The notes below the pieces were generated by a model. That model was not told the DNA's origin. It ran no database searches and saw nothing but the letters and a program-made list of their open reading frames with translations. A DNA stretch of 64,000 bases from assembly GCA_043228905.1 (NCBI GenBank), contig JBHGNT010000020.1:7378001-7442000 (forward strand). The letters are read 5' to 3'. Positions 60,771-64,000 of the stretch are shown piece by piece. Position numbers and translations under genes: made by a program. This DNA is from Azolla caroliniana (Eukaryota > Plantae > Polypodiophyta). The number at the start of each line of letters is the position of its first letter. The stretch's first letter is position 1.

Positions 60771-60790
60771 TATTTTTAAAATCTTTAAAT

Positions 60791-61020
60791 TAATCAGAGT
60801 ACAATGTTAGGGAATGTGTTTGTTAACCATATTGTGGTTAATAACCATATTTCCATAATCTAATTCTAATCAAAGTACAAGAGAATATGTTCGTTAACCA
60901 TATGGTGGTTAACAAACATAATTCCAAAATTTGATTCTAATCAGAGTTTTATTGCGTTTGTGTGGGGTAACCATATAAACCCCTAATAACATCATTTCTA
61001 GAATCGGATTCTAATCAAAG
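60791..61020. repeat. About three degenerate 71-76-bp AT-rich repeats with TTAACCA..TGGTTAA palindromes
   Basis: TAATCA(G/A)AG recurs at 60791, 60867, 60938 and 61012. Confidence 0.6.
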
Positions 61021-63349
61021 TGTTGAGAGACAAGCTCAACATCGGCCGGATCGGCTGAAGAAGCCGAGAACCGGATTGGTTGGGACCGATCGGTTAGGCC
61101 GAGTACGTAAACCGGGAGGTCGTTAGGAAAGATATTCCGTGAGGAATATATTTGGGAGTTAGTGTAGGGGCTCTTGATGAGCATTGAAGTATTGTTAGTA
61201 CTTCGGTCAGTCCTTCTAGGACTTGTATAAAAGTGCTCACTGAGCACGTCTTATGTACAGACTTGAGTATTATTATTGAATATAGTTTTTGTGTCTACTC
61301 TCTCTGTCTCTCCCGCGTATACCGTGTAAGCCCAAGCTCTCCATTGAACCTGAGTTTCCTTCCTCTGTTCTGTCTTCATACCTGCTTCCGCACGCTACTT
61401 TCTACATGGTATCAGAGCGCGAGGGTTGAGAACCTCTCTGCAGCCGACACAGCTTGACGAAGAAGAACAAGAAGAACGATAGATAGAGGCATGGCGAGCT
61501 CGCTTCCAACAGAGAAGCTCAATAGAACCAACTACGCGTCTTGGTCCTACAAGATGCACCAGTACCTGCTCGGGCACAGCTACTGGAGTTATGTCGAAGG
61601 AGCTAATGACGCGGCACCCGAATCGACACACAGAGAAGTGGGAGCAATCGGCGAGCAGGGTATTGTACTGCTTCGCATCGTGTGTGGGCGAATAGCTATT
61701 GAGCTATGTTCGGGATGCAAAGACGCCGAAGGGTGTGTGGGAAAATCTGAAGAAGATTTTCGCCGCGAGCACCACAGCCAAGAAGCTTCAGCTCCGATAG
61801 GAGTTGAGCAACCTACGACAACACGACTTGTCAGTGGTGAACTATACCTCGAAGATCAAGGATATCTGCGACTCCCTCGCCTCCATAGAGGTGAACATCG
61901 AGGAGAGCGAGATGGTCCAGATCTGTCTCGGAGGTTTGGCGTCGAAGTTCGGAGCGTTTCGAATGGCTGTGTGTACCCGGGAGAATACGCCGTCCTTTTT
62001 CGACTTACAGTCGATGCTCCTGGTAGAGGAGAACCACGCGGGTGCGTGGACGAGCACGTACACCGACAGCAAGATGTTGTACACGGAGGGAGAAAGGCCC
62101 CGTTGTCGTGGCGGACGAGGCGAGTCGGTACGCAATGGAAGCGGCCGACGAGATCAAGGAAGAAGGCACCGAAGTGATGCCGACAGCAACTCCGAACCCT
62201 CCGGAAATAGGGGGGAGTCGAAGCGATGAGAACCGGCAAGTGAAGGCCATCGCGGAGTGCTGGTACTGTGGCAAGAAAGACCACAGGGAAAGCGAGTGCT
62301 GGAAGAAGCGCGCCGATTTGGAGAGAACCGGTTCCGGAAACAGGTCCGAACATACCGACAAGGGAAATCGGCAGCGATCGCACTACGCCGAAGACTCCGG
62401 GAGAGACGGAGAAGGGTTTTTCTTCGTGACGAGACACGAAGCAAAGTCAATGAAACAAAACACCCCGAGATCGGACGAGGTGTGGTATGTAGACTCCGGC
62501 GCGTCAAACCACATGACGAGCCATAAGGAGTGGTTCTCGTACCTTGAAAAACCGATACAACCTGGAGTAGTCGCAACAGGAGACGACACTCTGCATCCGA
62601 TCATGAATGTCGGAGAAGTTCCCCTTAGCCATGTCAGGTAGAAAGGGAAACTCATGAACGTGCTGCACGTTCCGACAATCACGAAGAACTTGGTCTCGGT
62701 CGGATAGATCGTCGACCAAGGGATGAAGGTTCGGTTTACACACCTCGGGTGCTTCATTGAGGAAGAAGGCCGTGTGATTGCGCAAGGGCGTAGAGACGGG
62801 AGGATGTTCATCCTCGACTCCACTGACGGCGGCACCGCAATGTTCGCGAAGGGACAAAAGACCGAGTCGGACATCGACTTGTGGCACAAGCGTATAGGCC
62901 ACGTCAACTACCAGCGGCTTCAAGATCTGCAATCGAAACAGGTAGTGTTCGGATTGCCCAAATTTAGTGGCCGAAAGGCACAAGTTTGTGAAGCCTGCCA
63001 GCTCGGGAAGCAACACCGACTTCCTTTCCCCAACGAGCGAAACCGGAGCCGGAACAAGCTCAACCTTATACACTCCGATGTATGGGGGCCGGCACAAAAC
63101 GTTAGTCTTGGCGGGAGCCGATATTTCGTCTCCTTCATCGACGACCACACGCGGCACACGTGGATCTACCTCATTGAGAGGAAGAGCGAAGTCTTCGATT
63201 GTTTCCGGGACCTCAAAGGGTTCGTGGAAACGGAAACGGGACGAAAGATCAAGTGTCTGCGGTCGGATGGCGGGAAAGAGTACTTTTCCGATCAATTCAA
63301 CGGTTACCTACAACAAATGGGAATTCTCCGCGAATTCAGTTGTAGATAC
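61021..63349 (+). mobile_element. 5' part of a degenerate Ty1/copia: LTR 61021-61406, PBS 61407-61418, gag-PR-INT from 61491
   Basis: TGGTATCAGAGC abuts the LTR. MASSLPTEKLNRTNYASW, CWYCGKKDH, WYVDSGAS and IHSDVWGP match the family at 58440. Confidence 0.92.
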
Positions 63350-64000
63350 TGTTGGGAGACAGGTCCCTCCGGATGGGAAGGGAGAAGAACAGTGCCGACG
63401 AACAATCTCGGCCGAGGCCGAAATCGGAAGAGGAGTACCCGGCTACGGAGAGCCGGATGATACAGACCCGGTATGAACCGGATGAGGAGTACCCGGCTAC
63501 GGAGAGCCGGATGATACAGACCCGGTATGAACCGGATGAGGAGTACCTGGCTACGGAGAGCCGGATGGTGTAGACCCGGTATGAACCGGATGAGGAGTAC
63601 CTGGCTACGGAGAGCCGGATGGTGCAGACCCGGTATGAACCGGATGAGGAGTACCCGGCTACGGAGAGCCGGATGATATAGACCCGGTATGAACCGGATG
63701 AAGAGACATATTCGTAAATATGTTTCTGAGAGTCCATCGAGGCTATATTTGTAAATAGCCGAAAAGTCATATTGGTATAAATATGACTTAGGGCAAACTT
63801 TTAGTAAGTGTTGATAGTGGTTGTCATTCTTGTTGGTGCAAGAATAGAGCGTGTGTGTAACTATACAGAGAGAGAGAGAGAGAGAGAGAGAGTGAAAGAG
63901 GTCGCTGCCTCTGTTGTAACTGCCGCCTGTGGCGAAGATCTGTGAGCACGAGGTCGTTGCCTCAGTGAACTCACTGTTGTACATTCTTACATAGTGACAG
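63350..64000 (+). mobile_element. Copia LTR inserted into an integrase gene, with five tandem 54-bp repeats (about 63430-63700); runs off the right edge
   Basis: It starts TGTTGGGA and resembles the LTRs of 50716-56388 and 49981. Confidence 0.88.

Overview
This is plant-type intergenic or heterochromatic DNA made almost entirely of nested transposable elements. I recognise no host gene. It holds three Ty1/copia families (tRNA-Met PBS), two Ty3/gypsy families (one with a tRNA-Trp PBS, one with a tRNA-Arg-type PBS), a non-coding non-autonomous LTR element and a decayed Sola-like DNA transposase. Target-site duplications and interrupted ORFs allow a six-level nest to be rebuilt across about 17.9-60.8 kb. 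The main observation is that the young gypsy element at 23281-33104 and the non-autonomous element at 34944-39150 have no polypurine tract next to the 3' LTR. Instead both carry a conserved, covarying tRNA-Arg-like 3' end finishing in CCA, which reads as a second, inward-facing PBS. This suggests tRNA-primed plus-strand synthesis. Other points: TMV-type UAG-CAA-UUA readthrough between gag and pol; a covarying -1 frameshift pseudoknot after the protease in the Trp family; a conserved large extra ORF after pol; tRNA-like Pol III boxes in three LTRs; and aberrant LTR multimers and a fold-back LTR that were nevertheless integrated. All coordinates were read by eye, and tRNA and lineage assignments rest on recalled sequences that need database confirmation.
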